From an uncultured SAR86 cluster bacterium (GTDB taxonomy: Bacteria; Pseudomonadota; Gammaproteobacteria; Magnimaribacterales; Magnimaribacteraceae): 64,000 bases of DNA. The notes under the pieces were generated by a model that was not told the DNA's origin, did no database searches, and saw only the letters and a list, made by a program, of their open reading frames with translations. Below, in pieces: positions 1 through 10,516 of the stretch. The stretch lies in NCBI GenBank assembly GCA_902537425.1, contig CACBBD010000001.1, positions 231,790 through 295,789 of the forward strand, given 5' to 3'. Within the stretch, counting starts at the first letter, position 1; each line of letters begins with the position of its first letter. The translations under genes were made by a program, and so were the position numbers.

Positions 1-1644
1 AGCTTGAGTCTCTCCTGCATCAAGGGCGGCATGATCTATGAACATCTTTAAAGCACTCTCCTCCAGTTCATCAAAAGAATCAGGTTCAAAATCTCGGGCA
101 GCACCAACTAACTCCGATAAGTTTTCAACTCTCGTCCTACCTTTTTCACCAGCTTCTTTCTTGTGGTATTCGATAAGCCCACTTCTTTCAATAGCCATAT
201 CTACTAAATCTTTGAGTGGTAAATCTCTTGTATCTGACTCAAGAGTATTGAAACTAGACATAAACCCTTGAATTGACTGAGATGCTCTAGCTGCTAACCC
301 TTCGACATCTATTAATTCTTCACAAGCTTTCCAAAGAGATATGTTTTTTTCGGCGGCTTTAGCTCTAATTATATCTATAGTCTTAGCGCCTATACCCCTT
401 GGCGGAATATTGATAACCCTTTCAAATGCTGCGTCATCTTCTCTACCGTATAAGAGTCTTAAGTAACTCATAGCATTCTTGATTTCTGCTCTTTCATAAA
501 ATCTCAAACCACCATAAATCTTATAAGGTAAGGATTCTCTTAAAATTGCCTCTTCAAGTACCCTCGATTGTGCATTGGACCTGTAAAGGATAGCAACTTC
601 ATCAAGACTTCTCCCTTGGTTTACCCAATTCTGTATGCTGCCGACAACATACCTTGCTTCATCATCTTCGTTGTAAGCTGAATATATAGAAATTGGTTCT
701 CCTTCTTTCTGATCAGTCCAAAGTTCCTTTCCCATTCTTCCTTGATTATTCTTAATGACTGCATTTGCAGCATTCAAAATAACTGAGGTAGATCTATAGT
801 TTTGCTCTAGTCTAATTATTTCAGTATTTTTGTAATCAGTTGTAAATCTATTAATGTTTTCACTTTTTGCACCTCTCCAACCATAAATTGATTGGTCATC
901 ATCTCCTACAGACATAAAGCATGCGCCACCATCAGCTAGAAGTCTCAAAAACTGATATTGGACTTCATTAGTATCTTGAAATTCATCTACTAATATATGG
1001 CTAAACCTTCTTTGATAGTGTTTCAAGACCTCTTCATTGCTTTTGAGCAATATATAAACTCTAAGCAGCAATTCTCCAAAATCTACTAAACTTTCTCTCT
1101 CGCATAGCTCTTCATAAACCTTATATACTTCGGTCATCTTCTCAGCGAAATAGTCATCTGCCACTTCTACATCTTTTGATCTTCTGCATTCATCTTTTTG
1201 CTTATTTATGAACCATTGAATCTGTCGTGGAGGCCACTTGGTATCATCCAATCCCATTGACTTAACCACTCTCTTAATTACCCTGTATTGATCCTCTGAG
1301 TCCAGAATCGCAAATTCCTTCCTAAGACCAGCTTCTTCCCAATGTGTTCTTAATAATCGATGCGAGATTCCATGAAAAGTTCCGCACCAAAAATTTCCCA
1401 TCTCTTCTTGAACAATGTCCTCAATTCTCCCACGCATCTCTCTAGAAGCTTTATTGGTAAAAGTGACGGTTAAAATTGAATGTGGATTTATATTTTCAGC
1501 TTTGATAAGCCATGCAACTCGGTGGGCAATAACTCTAGTTTTTCCTGAGCCTGCACCTGCAAGAACGAGTAAATTCTTTGATTCGGAGGTTACTGCGTTC
1601 CTTTGAGGTTCATTTAAAATTTCGAAGATTTCTGATACATCCAC
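1..1644 (-). CDS. uvrD: DNA helicase II (UvrD/Rep family), 3' end runs off window
   Basis: Not in ORF track (truncated). Manual minus-strand translation from GTG 1644 (alt ATG 1650) gives VLAGAGSGKTRV, TFTNKASREM, ILVDEFQDTN, VGDDDQSIYGWRGA, LEQNYRST. Confidence 0.93.
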   Translation of the reverse strand, partial: MDVSEIFEILNEPQRNAVTSESKNLLVLAGAGSGKTRVIAHRVAWLIKAENINPHSILTVTFTNKASREMRGRIEDIVQEEMGNFWCGTFHGISHRLLRTHWEEAGLRKEFAILDSEDQYRVIKRVVKSMGLDDTKWPPRQIQWFINKQKDECRRSKDVEVADDYFAEKMTEVYKVYEELCERESLVDFGELLLRVYILLKSNEEVLKHYQRRFSHILVDEFQDTNEVQYQFLRLLADGGACFMSVGDDDQSIYGWRGAKSENINRFTTDYKNTEIIRLEQNYRSTSVILNAANAVIKNNQGRMGKELWTDQKEGEPISIYSAYNEDDEARYVVGSIQNWVNQGRSLDEVAILYRSNAQSRVLEEAILRESLPYKIYGGLRFYERAEIKNAMSYLRLLYGREDDAAFERVINIPPRGIGAKTIDIIRAKAAEKNISLWKACEELIDVEGLAARASQSIQGFMSSFNTLESDTRDLPLKDLVDMAIERSGLIEYHKKEAGEKGRTRVENLSELVGAARDFEPDSFDELEESALKMFIDHAALDAGETQA

Positions 1645-1769
1645 ACGCATATTCTAACTAAGAATTGTTTTCCATTCTTGAGTTATTCGGTTTAAATCAG
1701 AAAAAAATTGGTTCATTAAAATCTTTTAAAGCAACTATGAATATCATATTCTTTAGGTATCATTAAACT

Positions 1770-2183
1770 ATGAAAAATACAGAAAAATTCTTTGAAACTT
1801 ATTGTGATTTTGTAACCAAAGTAACCAGTGATCCGAGCTTAAAAATAGAGGACTTAAAAAAGTCTTTAGATAAAATTCAAGATAATTCACCTATCGATAC
1901 CCCTCGTTTACTTACTGCTGCTCTTGGTCTGGGAAGTGAGACAGGAGAATTTGTAGAAATAGTAAAAAAAATGATTCTACAAGGTAAGCCGGCCGATCAG
2001 GATAATATCTTTCACATGAAAAGAGAATTAGGAGATGTGATGTGGTATTGGGTTACAGCTTGTATGGCTTTAGACCTTAATCCAGTGGAAGTGATTTTAG
2101 AAAATCAAAAGAAACTTGAGGCGCGATATGGTGAACAGTTCACAATAGACCAAAGTGAAGTGAGAGCGAAAGGAGATCTGTAG
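1770..2183 (+). CDS. MazG-like nucleoside triphosphate pyrophosphohydrolase
   Basis: LGSETGEFVEIVKK...RELGDVMWY all-alpha NTP-PPase acidic motifs. Confidence 0.8.
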   Translation: MKNTEKFFETYCDFVTKVTSDPSLKIEDLKKSLDKIQDNSPIDTPRLLTAALGLGSETGEFVEIVKKMILQGKPADQDNIFHMKRELGDVMWYWVTACMALDLNPVEVILENQKKLEARYGEQFTIDQSEVRAKGDL

Positions 2184-3434
2184 CTAGTAGATTCTTGAAA
2201 CTGCCTTTTTTTCTGCTTGTGTAGGCTCTGCCCTTTTTAAATCCATAGATTTCCAAACATCATCTAAAGCATTCAAAAAATGATCTATATCACTTGCTTC
2301 ATGTCGGGGGGTGATAGTAACTCTAAATCTTTCATCACCTTTTGGAACAGTAGGATGGAAAACAGGTTGAATATATATTCCATGTTTTTCAATCAAAAGA
2401 TTAGCCGCACCTTTACATAACCTAGGATCATATAAATGTATTGGGATAATATGACTGTCATTTTCGAGAAAAGGAATTTCAAGATCCCTTAAGCCCGATC
2501 TTATTCTATCTGAATTATGCCTAATATTATCCCTAAGATGCTCAGATTGCATTGCAATTTTTATACTAGTAATTGAGGCGGCTGCTATAGATGGGTTCAT
2601 AGAAGAAGTAAAAATAAATCCAGGTGCAAAGCTTCTTATATAGTCAATGATGTCAGAATTAGCTGCAACATAACCGCCCATTTGACCGAAGGACTTAGAC
2701 AAAGTGCCGTTGATAATATCTATATCTTCCTCGAGCCCTTTTTCAGCGGTAATACCTCTACCCTCTGGCCCATATAGTCCAACTGAATGAACTTCATCTA
2801 AATAAGTTAAAGCATCATACCTTTTAGCAAGTTCAATAATCTTTTGAAGAGGAGATCGGAGACCTTCCATTGAATACAATGATTCAAACACAATTATTTT
2901 TGGTGTGTTTGCATTAGCTGTCTTTAAAAGCTCTTCCAAATGCTCGGTATCATTGTGCCTAAAGACATGGCATTCAACATTTGCATTCTTTATACCTTGA
3001 ATTAAAGAGGCATGATTCAACTCATCAGAGAAAACTTCAACACCTTCTAGATTTTTACAAAGTGTCCAAAGAGTGGACTGATTGGCAGTGTAAGCTGAAG
3101 GGAAGAGTAATGCCGCTTCTTTCCTGTGCAAATCTGCTAAGAGTTGTTCGAGGTCAACATGGTAAGTAGATGTTCCGGATATATTTCTTGTTCCACCTGA
3201 CCCAGTGCCAAGTTCATTTATCACTTGGACGGAAGTTTTGGTAACCTCTGGATGCTGACTAAGATTCAGGTAGTCATTACTGCACCAAACTTCAACTTCT
3301 CTTTCATTCCCCTCGAAACGTTCAGTAGCTTTTGGGAAGCTCGTTTTATTTCTATTTATAGCTCTGAATTTACGGTAGAGCCCTTGAGATTTCAATGATA
3401 TGAGTTCGTCCGAAAAGAATTTTTTATAGTTCAT
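2184..3434 (-). CDS. hemA: 5-aminolevulinate synthase (ALAS, C4/Shemin pathway)
   Basis: VWCSNDYL, GSGGTRNISGT, DEVHSVGLYG, GTLSKSFG (PLP Lys), APGFIFTSS; divergent from heme operon. Confidence 0.93.
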   Translation of the reverse strand: MNYKKFFSDELISLKSQGLYRKFRAINRNKTSFPKATERFEGNEREVEVWCSNDYLNLSQHPEVTKTSVQVINELGTGSGGTRNISGTSTYHVDLEQLLADLHRKEAALLFPSAYTANQSTLWTLCKNLEGVEVFSDELNHASLIQGIKNANVECHVFRHNDTEHLEELLKTANANTPKIIVFESLYSMEGLRSPLQKIIELAKRYDALTYLDEVHSVGLYGPEGRGITAEKGLEEDIDIINGTLSKSFGQMGGYVAANSDIIDYIRSFAPGFIFTSSMNPSIAAASITSIKIAMQSEHLRDNIRHNSDRIRSGLRDLEIPFLENDSHIIPIHLYDPRLCKGAANLLIEKHGIYIQPVFHPTVPKGDERFRVTITPRHEASDIDHFLNALDDVWKSMDLKRAEPTQAEKKAVSRIY

Positions 3435-3542
3435 GAATTAATTACTAATAAAAGTTAATATAATTATGGTTGACGCGGACTGCATTGTAATTGAAATCTA
3501 CTGCGCCAAAGTAATTAAGAATTATTCTCATTTAACCCTATT

Positions 3543-5039
3543 TTGAAAGTCTTAAAAATTTTATCTAGAAAAAGTCCTCTGGCAAAGATTCAAGCTATGC
3601 TTGTAGCTGAACGAATATTAACAGCTTTTCCTAACATTGAAATATTACATCTGCACAAGAAGACTCTCGGTGATGAAGATTTGACTACTCCCTTAAATAA
3701 GATGCCTGATATTGGAGTGTTTACAAACGATATAAGGAATGATCTTCTCAACAATGTTGCGGATATTGCTGTGCATTCATGGAAAGATTTGCCAGTAGAC
3801 CTTGAAGAAGGCACAGAGATAATTGGTACGCTTGAAAGAGCAGATATGAGAGATATGATCTTTTTAAAGAAAGACAGTATCAATAAAAATAACCTCTCAA
3901 TCCTGAGCTCTTCGCCAAGGAGAGCAAAGAATCTATCCACTTTCTTGCCATCAGCATTACCGTTTGAGTCAAAGATAAAGTTTACAGATGTCAGGGGCAA
4001 TATTCATACTAGACTAACAAAGTTGATTGAAGGAGATGATGATGGTTTGGTAGTAGCGAAAGCAGCCATTGATAGATTCATGCAAGATAAGAGTGGCAAA
4101 TTCGAAGATGAAAGAAACTCTCTGCTTGATATGCAAAAAAACCTTAAATGGATGGTATTGCCCTTGTCGCAAAATCCCTGTGCTGCTGCCCAAGGAGCGC
4201 TGGCTATCGAAGCTAGACAAGAAGATGAAAGGGTAAAAGAAATTATTTCTACTATCTCAAATAAGGAAATTTTTGATTCAGTAGAGAAAGAAAGAACTTT
4301 ATTGAAATCTTATGGTGGTGGATGTCATCAAAAGATAGGTGTCAGTCATGAAATCCTTGAAACTACAGAATTATTGACCGTAAAAGGTGAGACTGAAGAT
4401 GGAGAAGAGTTATCCAAAAGGTCACTTCAGAATAACGACATTAACTATTTTAGTTCTATAAATAATTCTAATTATTTTCCGAGCAATAAACAAGAGCAAA
4501 AGTTCTTTGAAAGAAAATCGATTGTCGATTCTAAGAAGGCCTTGAAGAATGTCAAAAATAAGGGTATCTATATCAGTAGATCGAATGCAATCGAAGACTC
4601 TGGCCTTATAGATGAATCGAATATCATCTGGACAAGTGGTATCGATACTTGGAAGTCGCTAGCAAAAAAAGGGTATTGGGTTAATGGAACCTCGGATAGT
4701 CTTGGTGAAAATAATTCTCCTGAAGAAAGTTTGTTCGAAGACATCACATGGCTGAAAGTTACACATAAGGACAATGACGATGGGGAGAAACAAATTTTAG
4801 CAACTTACGAATTGAAGGCTCGTGATATATCCGAAAGACTTTTGGAGTGTGATTACTTTTATTGGATGAGTACAAGTTCATTTGAAATTGCCATAAATAA
4901 ATATCCTGAGCTTAAAAATAGAAAACATGCTTGCGGACTAGGAAAGACTTTCAAATCTATACAAAAGACCGTTCCAGGAGTTACACCCTTTCTAGACTTC
5001 GATAGCTGGCTCGAAGCTGTAAACAAAAAGATAAGATAA
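3543..5039 (+). CDS. hemC: Hydroxymethylbilane synthase with C-terminal extension (probable HemC-HemD fusion)
   Basis: RKSPLA, AVHSWKDLP, SSSPRR, VRGNIHTRL, GGGCH; about 200 aa beyond the HemC domain. Confidence 0.88.
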   Translation: MKVLKILSRKSPLAKIQAMLVAERILTAFPNIEILHLHKKTLGDEDLTTPLNKMPDIGVFTNDIRNDLLNNVADIAVHSWKDLPVDLEEGTEIIGTLERADMRDMIFLKKDSINKNNLSILSSSPRRAKNLSTFLPSALPFESKIKFTDVRGNIHTRLTKLIEGDDDGLVVAKAAIDRFMQDKSGKFEDERNSLLDMQKNLKWMVLPLSQNPCAAAQGALAIEARQEDERVKEIISTISNKEIFDSVEKERTLLKSYGGGCHQKIGVSHEILETTELLTVKGETEDGEELSKRSLQNNDINYFSSINNSNYFPSNKQEQKFFERKSIVDSKKALKNVKNKGIYISRSNAIEDSGLIDESNIIWTSGIDTWKSLAKKGYWVNGTSDSLGENNSPEESLFEDITWLKVTHKDNDDGEKQILATYELKARDISERLLECDYFYWMSTSSFEIAINKYPELKNRKHACGLGKTFKSIQKTVPGVTPFLDFDSWLEAVNKKIR

Positions 5040-5088
5040 AATACCGGGTTCGCCTGAGGTATAATGCAGAATTCTTAATTCAATTAGT

Positions 5089-6084
5089 ATGAACGTATCA
5101 AGAAAATTCCCTCAATCAAGATTAAGACGAACTAGGTTTACTTCGTCCATAAGGAGTTTAGTGGCAGAGAATAGCCTGTCAGTAAATGACTTAATACAAC
5201 CTATATTTGTAAAGGAAGATTTAGATGGAGTAGAAAATATAGATTCTTTGCCGGGAATTAGCAGATACGGACTTAATGCTTTAGATGAAGAAATAGAGAA
5301 GATACAAAACAATAAAATAAAGGCAGTTGCTATATTTCCCGTCATCAATCCTAATAAAAAAGACGAGACAGGAAGCGACTCATTAAATGAAGATAATTTA
5401 GTATGCACTGCCATCAAGCAAATCAAGAAAAACTCTGGACTGGCTGTTATAGCAGATGTTGCTTTAGATCCTTACACCTCACATGGGCATGATGGTGTAC
5501 TGGATAAGAATGGATATGTTGAAAACGATAAGAGTCTTTCTCTGCTCATAGAACAAGCTCTCACTCTTGCCAAAGCTGGAGCAGATATGGTTGCTCCTTC
5601 AGATATGATGGATGGAAGGATATCCAGTATCAGAGATTCTTTAGAATCTAATAACTTTCCTAATACAATCATTCTCTCTTATGCGGCAAAATACAGTTCG
5701 AAATTTTATGGTCCATTTAGAGACGCCGTAGGATCCTCCGCAAATCTTGGTGTGGGCAGTAAAGATACCTATCAGATGTCAGTTGCAAATATCGATGAAG
5801 CATTGCACGAAGTGAAAATGGATATAGAAGAAGGTGCAGATATAGTGATGGTTAAACCAGGAATGCCTTATCTTGATGTCATCAAGGCAGTTAAAGATGC
5901 TTTTAATGTTCCAACGTTTGCTTATCAGGTAAGTGGTGAATACGCCATGCTCAAAGCTGCGATAGAAAATGATTGGTTATCCGATGAAGTAATACTTGAA
6001 TCCTTATTAAGCTTTAAAAGAGCCGGGGCAGATTGCGTTCTAACCTATGCTGCCAATGAAATAGCAATAAAGTTAAATCAATAG
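5089..6084 (+). CDS. hemB: Porphobilinogen synthase (non-Zn type)
   Basis: DVALDPYTSHGHDG, APSDMMDGR, FYGPFRDA, VMVKPG, AYQVSGEY. Confidence 0.97.
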   Translation: MNVSRKFPQSRLRRTRFTSSIRSLVAENSLSVNDLIQPIFVKEDLDGVENIDSLPGISRYGLNALDEEIEKIQNNKIKAVAIFPVINPNKKDETGSDSLNEDNLVCTAIKQIKKNSGLAVIADVALDPYTSHGHDGVLDKNGYVENDKSLSLLIEQALTLAKAGADMVAPSDMMDGRISSIRDSLESNNFPNTIILSYAAKYSSKFYGPFRDAVGSSANLGVGSKDTYQMSVANIDEALHEVKMDIEEGADIVMVKPGMPYLDVIKAVKDAFNVPTFAYQVSGEYAMLKAAIENDWLSDEVILESLLSFKRAGADCVLTYAANEIAIKLNQ

Positions 6085-6088
6085 AGAC

Positions 6089-7108
6089 TTGCCTAATAAA
6101 AAATTCATAAATGCTATAGAGAGAAAGCCTCAGGCCTGTCCTCCTATATGGCTAATGCGTCAAGCAGGCAGATATCATGCTCACTACCAAAACTTAAAAA
6201 AGGATCACACTTTCGAGGAACTCTGTAAAAAACCAAAACTTGCTGCTGAAACTGCTATGGGTCCTATTAACGAATTTGATTTTGACGTTGCAATTCTATT
6301 TAGCGATATATTATTTCCCCTTGAAGCGCTCGGTATGGACTTATCTTATGACCCAGGGCCTCAATTTGGCCTTCACTTAAACGAGGATAATGCTGAAAGC
6401 TTAATCATTAATCAGAATCCTATAAACTTTATGGAATTTCAAGGTGAAGCAATAGAAAGAACTATCGAGAGACTGCCCAATGAAAAATCATTAATAGGCT
6501 TTGTTGGCGGACCTTGGACTTTGATAGCTTATGCATGCAATATCAGTAAAGAGTTAAGAAATATTCATTTGAATAATTTTCAAATAGGACTTCTAGATAA
6601 TGTGATTCTTCCGCTTCTAAAAGAAAATGTGGAATTGCAATTAAATGCTGGAGCCGAAGTTGTCATGATCTTTGATTCCACTGCTCACCAGCTCGCAGAA
6701 GAAGATTTAAATATTTACCTAGGCAAGACTTTTAATATGTTAGTCAAAGAATTTCCTAGTAAGGTTGGCTACTATGCCAAAGACGGGGTTAACTATGAAA
6801 CTATAATTGCGAATCAACATGAACCTCAAATACACCTAGCTGGAATGGGTATAGACTCAAATGTTGATCTAAGAGATTACTTTAAAAAAACTTCAAATGG
6901 ATTTGTACAAGGTAATTTTAGTGAGCAGTTCTTAACCCTTCCCCATGATCAATTTTTGCCAAAATTAGATAGTTTCATAGAAAAAATGTCAGTGCTATCA
7001 CCAGAAGAAAGATCGGGTTGGGTTTGTGGACTAGGCCATGGAGTTCTGAAAACAACGCCTCAGGAAAATGTCAAAGAATTTGTACAAAGAATTAGGGCAT
7101 CCTTTTAA
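6089..7108 (+). CDS. hemE: Uroporphyrinogen decarboxylase
   Basis: PIWLMRQAGRY, AILFSDIL, IGFVGGPWT, LGHGV. Confidence 0.95.
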   Translation: MPNKKFINAIERKPQACPPIWLMRQAGRYHAHYQNLKKDHTFEELCKKPKLAAETAMGPINEFDFDVAILFSDILFPLEALGMDLSYDPGPQFGLHLNEDNAESLIINQNPINFMEFQGEAIERTIERLPNEKSLIGFVGGPWTLIAYACNISKELRNIHLNNFQIGLLDNVILPLLKENVELQLNAGAEVVMIFDSTAHQLAEEDLNIYLGKTFNMLVKEFPSKVGYYAKDGVNYETIIANQHEPQIHLAGMGIDSNVDLRDYFKKTSNGFVQGNFSEQFLTLPHDQFLPKLDSFIEKMSVLSPEERSGWVCGLGHGVLKTTPQENVKEFVQRIRASF

Positions 7109-7111
7109 AGA

Positions 7112-7924
7112 ATGGATATTGAAGAAAAAAAATCCTTAACTTCGTCTTGGTTTAGAGAGCTGAGAGATATGTTCTGTGAAGAATTTGTAGATATAGATGG
7201 CGGGAGTTTTGAACGAAAAAATTGGGACCATAAATTTGAAGGGGGCGGAGAGATGAGTCTCATGAAAGGTAAAGTCTTTGAAAAGGTTGGAGTAAATATA
7301 TCTACGGTATCCGGAAAATTTGACAATGATTTTAAATCTGAAGTCAAGGGTACAGAGGAAGCACCTAACTACTGGGCAAGTGGTATCAGTCTTGTGGCAC
7401 ACATGCAATCGCCCAAAGTACCGGCATTTCACTTTAATACCAGATATATAGTTACTGGAGATTCCTGGTTCGGAGGAGGAGGAGATTTAACTCCAACAAT
7501 TAAAAAAGAAGACGAAATTGAATTCTTTCATAAGTGTATGAAGGAAGCATGTGATTCTGCTGATCCTGATTATTACGAGAAATATAAAAAGGCCTGTGAT
7601 GAATATTTTTATCTACCACACAGATCAGAAGCTAGAGGCGAAGGCGGAATATTTATAGATCATTTAAAAACAGAGGATTGGAATAAAGATTTTAACTTCA
7701 TAAAAGAAGTAGGTGTATCTACCTTAAAAGCGATTACAACAATAATCAGAAATCTTAAGGATGAGGAATGGACGGAACAGGAAAAAGAGCAGCAACTTAT
7801 CAAAAGAGGTCGTTATGTTGAGTTTAATTTGCTTTGGGATAGAGGAACTGCGTTTGGCATAAAAACTGGGGGCAATTCGGACGCTATATTGATGTCTATG
7901 CCGCCTACTGCTAAATGGGATTAG
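7112..7924 (+). CDS. hemF: Oxygen-dependent coproporphyrinogen III oxidase
   Basis: FEKVGVN, HFNTRY, WFGGGGDLTP, RGRYVEFNL, LMSMPP. Confidence 0.96.
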   Translation: MDIEEKKSLTSSWFRELRDMFCEEFVDIDGGSFERKNWDHKFEGGGEMSLMKGKVFEKVGVNISTVSGKFDNDFKSEVKGTEEAPNYWASGISLVAHMQSPKVPAFHFNTRYIVTGDSWFGGGGDLTPTIKKEDEIEFFHKCMKEACDSADPDYYEKYKKACDEYFYLPHRSEARGEGGIFIDHLKTEDWNKDFNFIKEVGVSTLKAITTIIRNLKDEEWTEQEKEQQLIKRGRYVEFNLLWDRGTAFGIKTGGNSDAILMSMPPTAKWD

Positions 7925-8350
7925 ATGAATACTTACTTAATCTTTAAAGCCATTCATATAATCTCCGTAATTACTTGGATGGCTGCCCTATTTTATCTTC
8001 CAAGACTATTTGTATATCACTCCACCAAGGAAATAGGCTCAGACGCTTCTGAAACCTTTAAAGTGATGGAGTCTAAGTTATTAAAAATCATTGCGAATCC
8101 ATCTCTCATTCTGGTTTGGATCTCAGGCCTAGCCCTTCTGAGCTACAAAGGTTTAGAAATTTGGCTGGTTCTAAAAATGTTTCTTGTCATGGGAATGACT
8201 CTTTTTCACTTTTATCTTAATTTTCTCAGGGTAAGTTTTGAGGCCGATTCCAACACAAAATCGGAAAAGTTTTTTAGGGTTATAAATGAAATACCGACGA
8301 TACTGTTACTGATAATAGTAATACTGGTTGTCTTTCAACCCAGATTTTAA
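7925..8350 (+). CDS. hemJ: Protoporphyrinogen oxidase HemJ
   Basis: KAIHIISVITWMAALFYLPRLFVYH, FFRVINEIPT. Confidence 0.93.
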   Translation: MNTYLIFKAIHIISVITWMAALFYLPRLFVYHSTKEIGSDASETFKVMESKLLKIIANPSLILVWISGLALLSYKGLEIWLVLKMFLVMGMTLFHFYLNFLRVSFEADSNTKSEKFFRVINEIPTILLLIIVILVVFQPRF

Positions 8351-8460
8351 AACTGTACAACCTCTCCAGGCGCTAAACTCGAAAGAATCCTACAGATAAA
8401 CCTAGTTCTTTAAGGGATTGCTTCTAATGATTATAGATTATTAGCCGAAAGAAATTTGCG

Positions 8461-9444
8461 TTATCTCGATAAAACTGTATCTATTGCACTAATTTGATCC
8501 TGGTCGAGTTCTCCGAGTGATTCTGCTTCTATGCATTCTAAAAGCTCCTCCCTATTTTTTACACCTAATATTACAGACGACACTTTTTCGTCGCTAAGAG
8601 CATATCGGTGTGCAAGAATGGATGGATTTATATTCCATTCGGAAGCTAACTTTCTGAAAGGTTGGGCCTTATCATAATCCTCAAAATCTTTTATATCAAA
8701 GCCCGATGGGTGAGGTTCTCTATCCATTTCTAAAGTTAATGCCCCAGCTTGAACCGCTCTAATTCCAAGTATCGGTACTCCAACTTTCTGACTTTCAGTG
8801 AGAATTTTTTGAGGATCAAAATCTTGATCAACATATCCTATGGCACCGGCTGAATTCAAGGGATTAACAACACACTGAATAGCTTCAGGTTGAATATCAT
8901 GATTTAAGACCTCGAGTATTGCTTGAGTTTGACCTAATCCGCCTATACCCCAGCTACCGATCTTTCCTTCATCTTTTAATCTTTCAAAGGCTGGTATAAC
9001 TGCATTGTAATAACAAGAAAGTGATGTTGTATTAGTCTCTCTATATTCATTAAGTGTGTATAGCTGGAAATCATCTTGTCGTAACTGTGAATGCAGTAAG
9101 AAAAGATCAACCCTTTCCATATTGAGATTATCAAGGCTCTTATTGAGAGATGAAATTAAGCGCTCATAAACTTCATCATCTGGCAATGTTCCCAATCTAC
9201 ATTTTGTAGTAATTTTTACATCTCCTAAATCTTTCCCTTTAAAAACTTCACCAACAACTCTCTCGGCCTCTCCTTTTCCGTACATTGGTGCAACATCGAG
9301 GTGAGTTATACCCTTTTCAATGGCAAGATTTACTGTCGCAACTGCTTCCTCTCTAGATGTTTCACCCCAGACCTGTCCAAGGCCTCCACCACCTAGGGTT
9401 AAAGCGCTTATATTTCCAAATGGCTTAAAACTTCTTTTTTTCAT
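8461..9444 (-). CDS. Aldo/keto reductase
   Basis: DVAPMYGKGEAE, ITTK, SLDNL...DLFLLH; start trimmed to ATG 9444. Confidence 0.85.
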   Translation of the reverse strand: MKKRSFKPFGNISALTLGGGGLGQVWGETSREEAVATVNLAIEKGITHLDVAPMYGKGEAERVVGEVFKGKDLGDVKITTKCRLGTLPDDEVYERLISSLNKSLDNLNMERVDLFLLHSQLRQDDFQLYTLNEYRETNTTSLSCYYNAVIPAFERLKDEGKIGSWGIGGLGQTQAILEVLNHDIQPEAIQCVVNPLNSAGAIGYVDQDFDPQKILTESQKVGVPILGIRAVQAGALTLEMDREPHPSGFDIKDFEDYDKAQPFRKLASEWNINPSILAHRYALSDEKVSSVILGVKNREELLECIEAESLGELDQDQISAIDTVLSR

Positions 9445-9532
9445 GTAATAATTTAAATTCAAAAATATTATAACGGAACGCTCATTCTGCATATTGAAGA
9501 AAACAATTTTTTCATGCTACCATCATGTTTCT

Positions 9533-10516
9533 ATGATTTTAGAAGATGGTCCAAAACATACAAAAGATTTAAATCAAGCTAAGCTAGACTTAGATAAATT
9601 TGGTTATTGTTTAATACCAGATGTTCTAAATGATAATGAAATAAGAATTGCTAAAAAACGACTTCTTGAGCAAGCTGAAGCCGAGGAAGAACTAGGTCTT
9701 TCTTTTCGAGATGGAGGGGCAGATCAAGAGGTTAAGTTCAAAGAGGGGCGTGTAGACAAAACTTCATTTACTAAGTGCAACGGAGGGGTGAACCAAAGGC
9801 TTTGGATGTTAGCGAATAAGGGTGAATGTTTCAGAGAGATGGTTACTCACCATCTAGTAGATGAACTTGTCGGTCATATTTTGGGTAATGATTTTATTTT
9901 ATCCACTCACTCAGCAAATATTGCCAAACCCGGTGGAGTAAGAATGGGTTTGCATACAGACCAATGGTGGATGCCTCAACCGGTAAGGGCTGGAGAAAGT
10001 TATATAAAGCCATCAGAAATAACAAGAAAGGCTGATGTAAATTTTGTTGAGCCTGATGTGTCACTTGGCATATCGCCACCGGTTGTAGCTAATTGCATGT
10101 GGATGCTCTCAGATTTCTCTCCAACGAACGGGGCTACCGAGGTAGTTGCAGGATCTCATCTAACCGGGGCGCACCCCAATCAAGAGGACCAAAGTATGTA
10201 TCCCATAAATCAACCTGAGGCAAAGGCAGGCTCTTTAATGGTTTTTGATGGAAGACTTTGGCATGGTACTGGAGCTAATACTGGCAATACTGACAGACTT
10301 GGAGTGTTGACAACTTTCTGCTCGCCTCAGTTTAGACAACAAGAAAATCAAACACTTGGGCTCGATAGAGATCTTTGGGATTCTTGTTCGGAAAAACTAA
10401 AGTCCAGACTTGGATTCAAAGTTTGGAATGCATATGGAAGAATTGAAAGCTCTATGGACTATCTTATTGATATTGAACCTGAAAGAATAAAAGAACTAAA
10501 ACCGACCAAGCAATGA
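9533..10516 (+). CDS. Phytanoyl-CoA dioxygenase (PhyH) family Fe(II)/2OG oxygenase
   Basis: LHTDQW (HxD), NGATEVVAGSH, FDGRLWHG; start trimmed to ATG 9533. Confidence 0.85.
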   Translation: MILEDGPKHTKDLNQAKLDLDKFGYCLIPDVLNDNEIRIAKKRLLEQAEAEEELGLSFRDGGADQEVKFKEGRVDKTSFTKCNGGVNQRLWMLANKGECFREMVTHHLVDELVGHILGNDFILSTHSANIAKPGGVRMGLHTDQWWMPQPVRAGESYIKPSEITRKADVNFVEPDVSLGISPPVVANCMWMLSDFSPTNGATEVVAGSHLTGAHPNQEDQSMYPINQPEAKAGSLMVFDGRLWHGTGANTGNTDRLGVLTTFCSPQFRQQENQTLGLDRDLWDSCSEKLKSRLGFKVWNAYGRIESSMDYLIDIEPERIKELKPTKQ

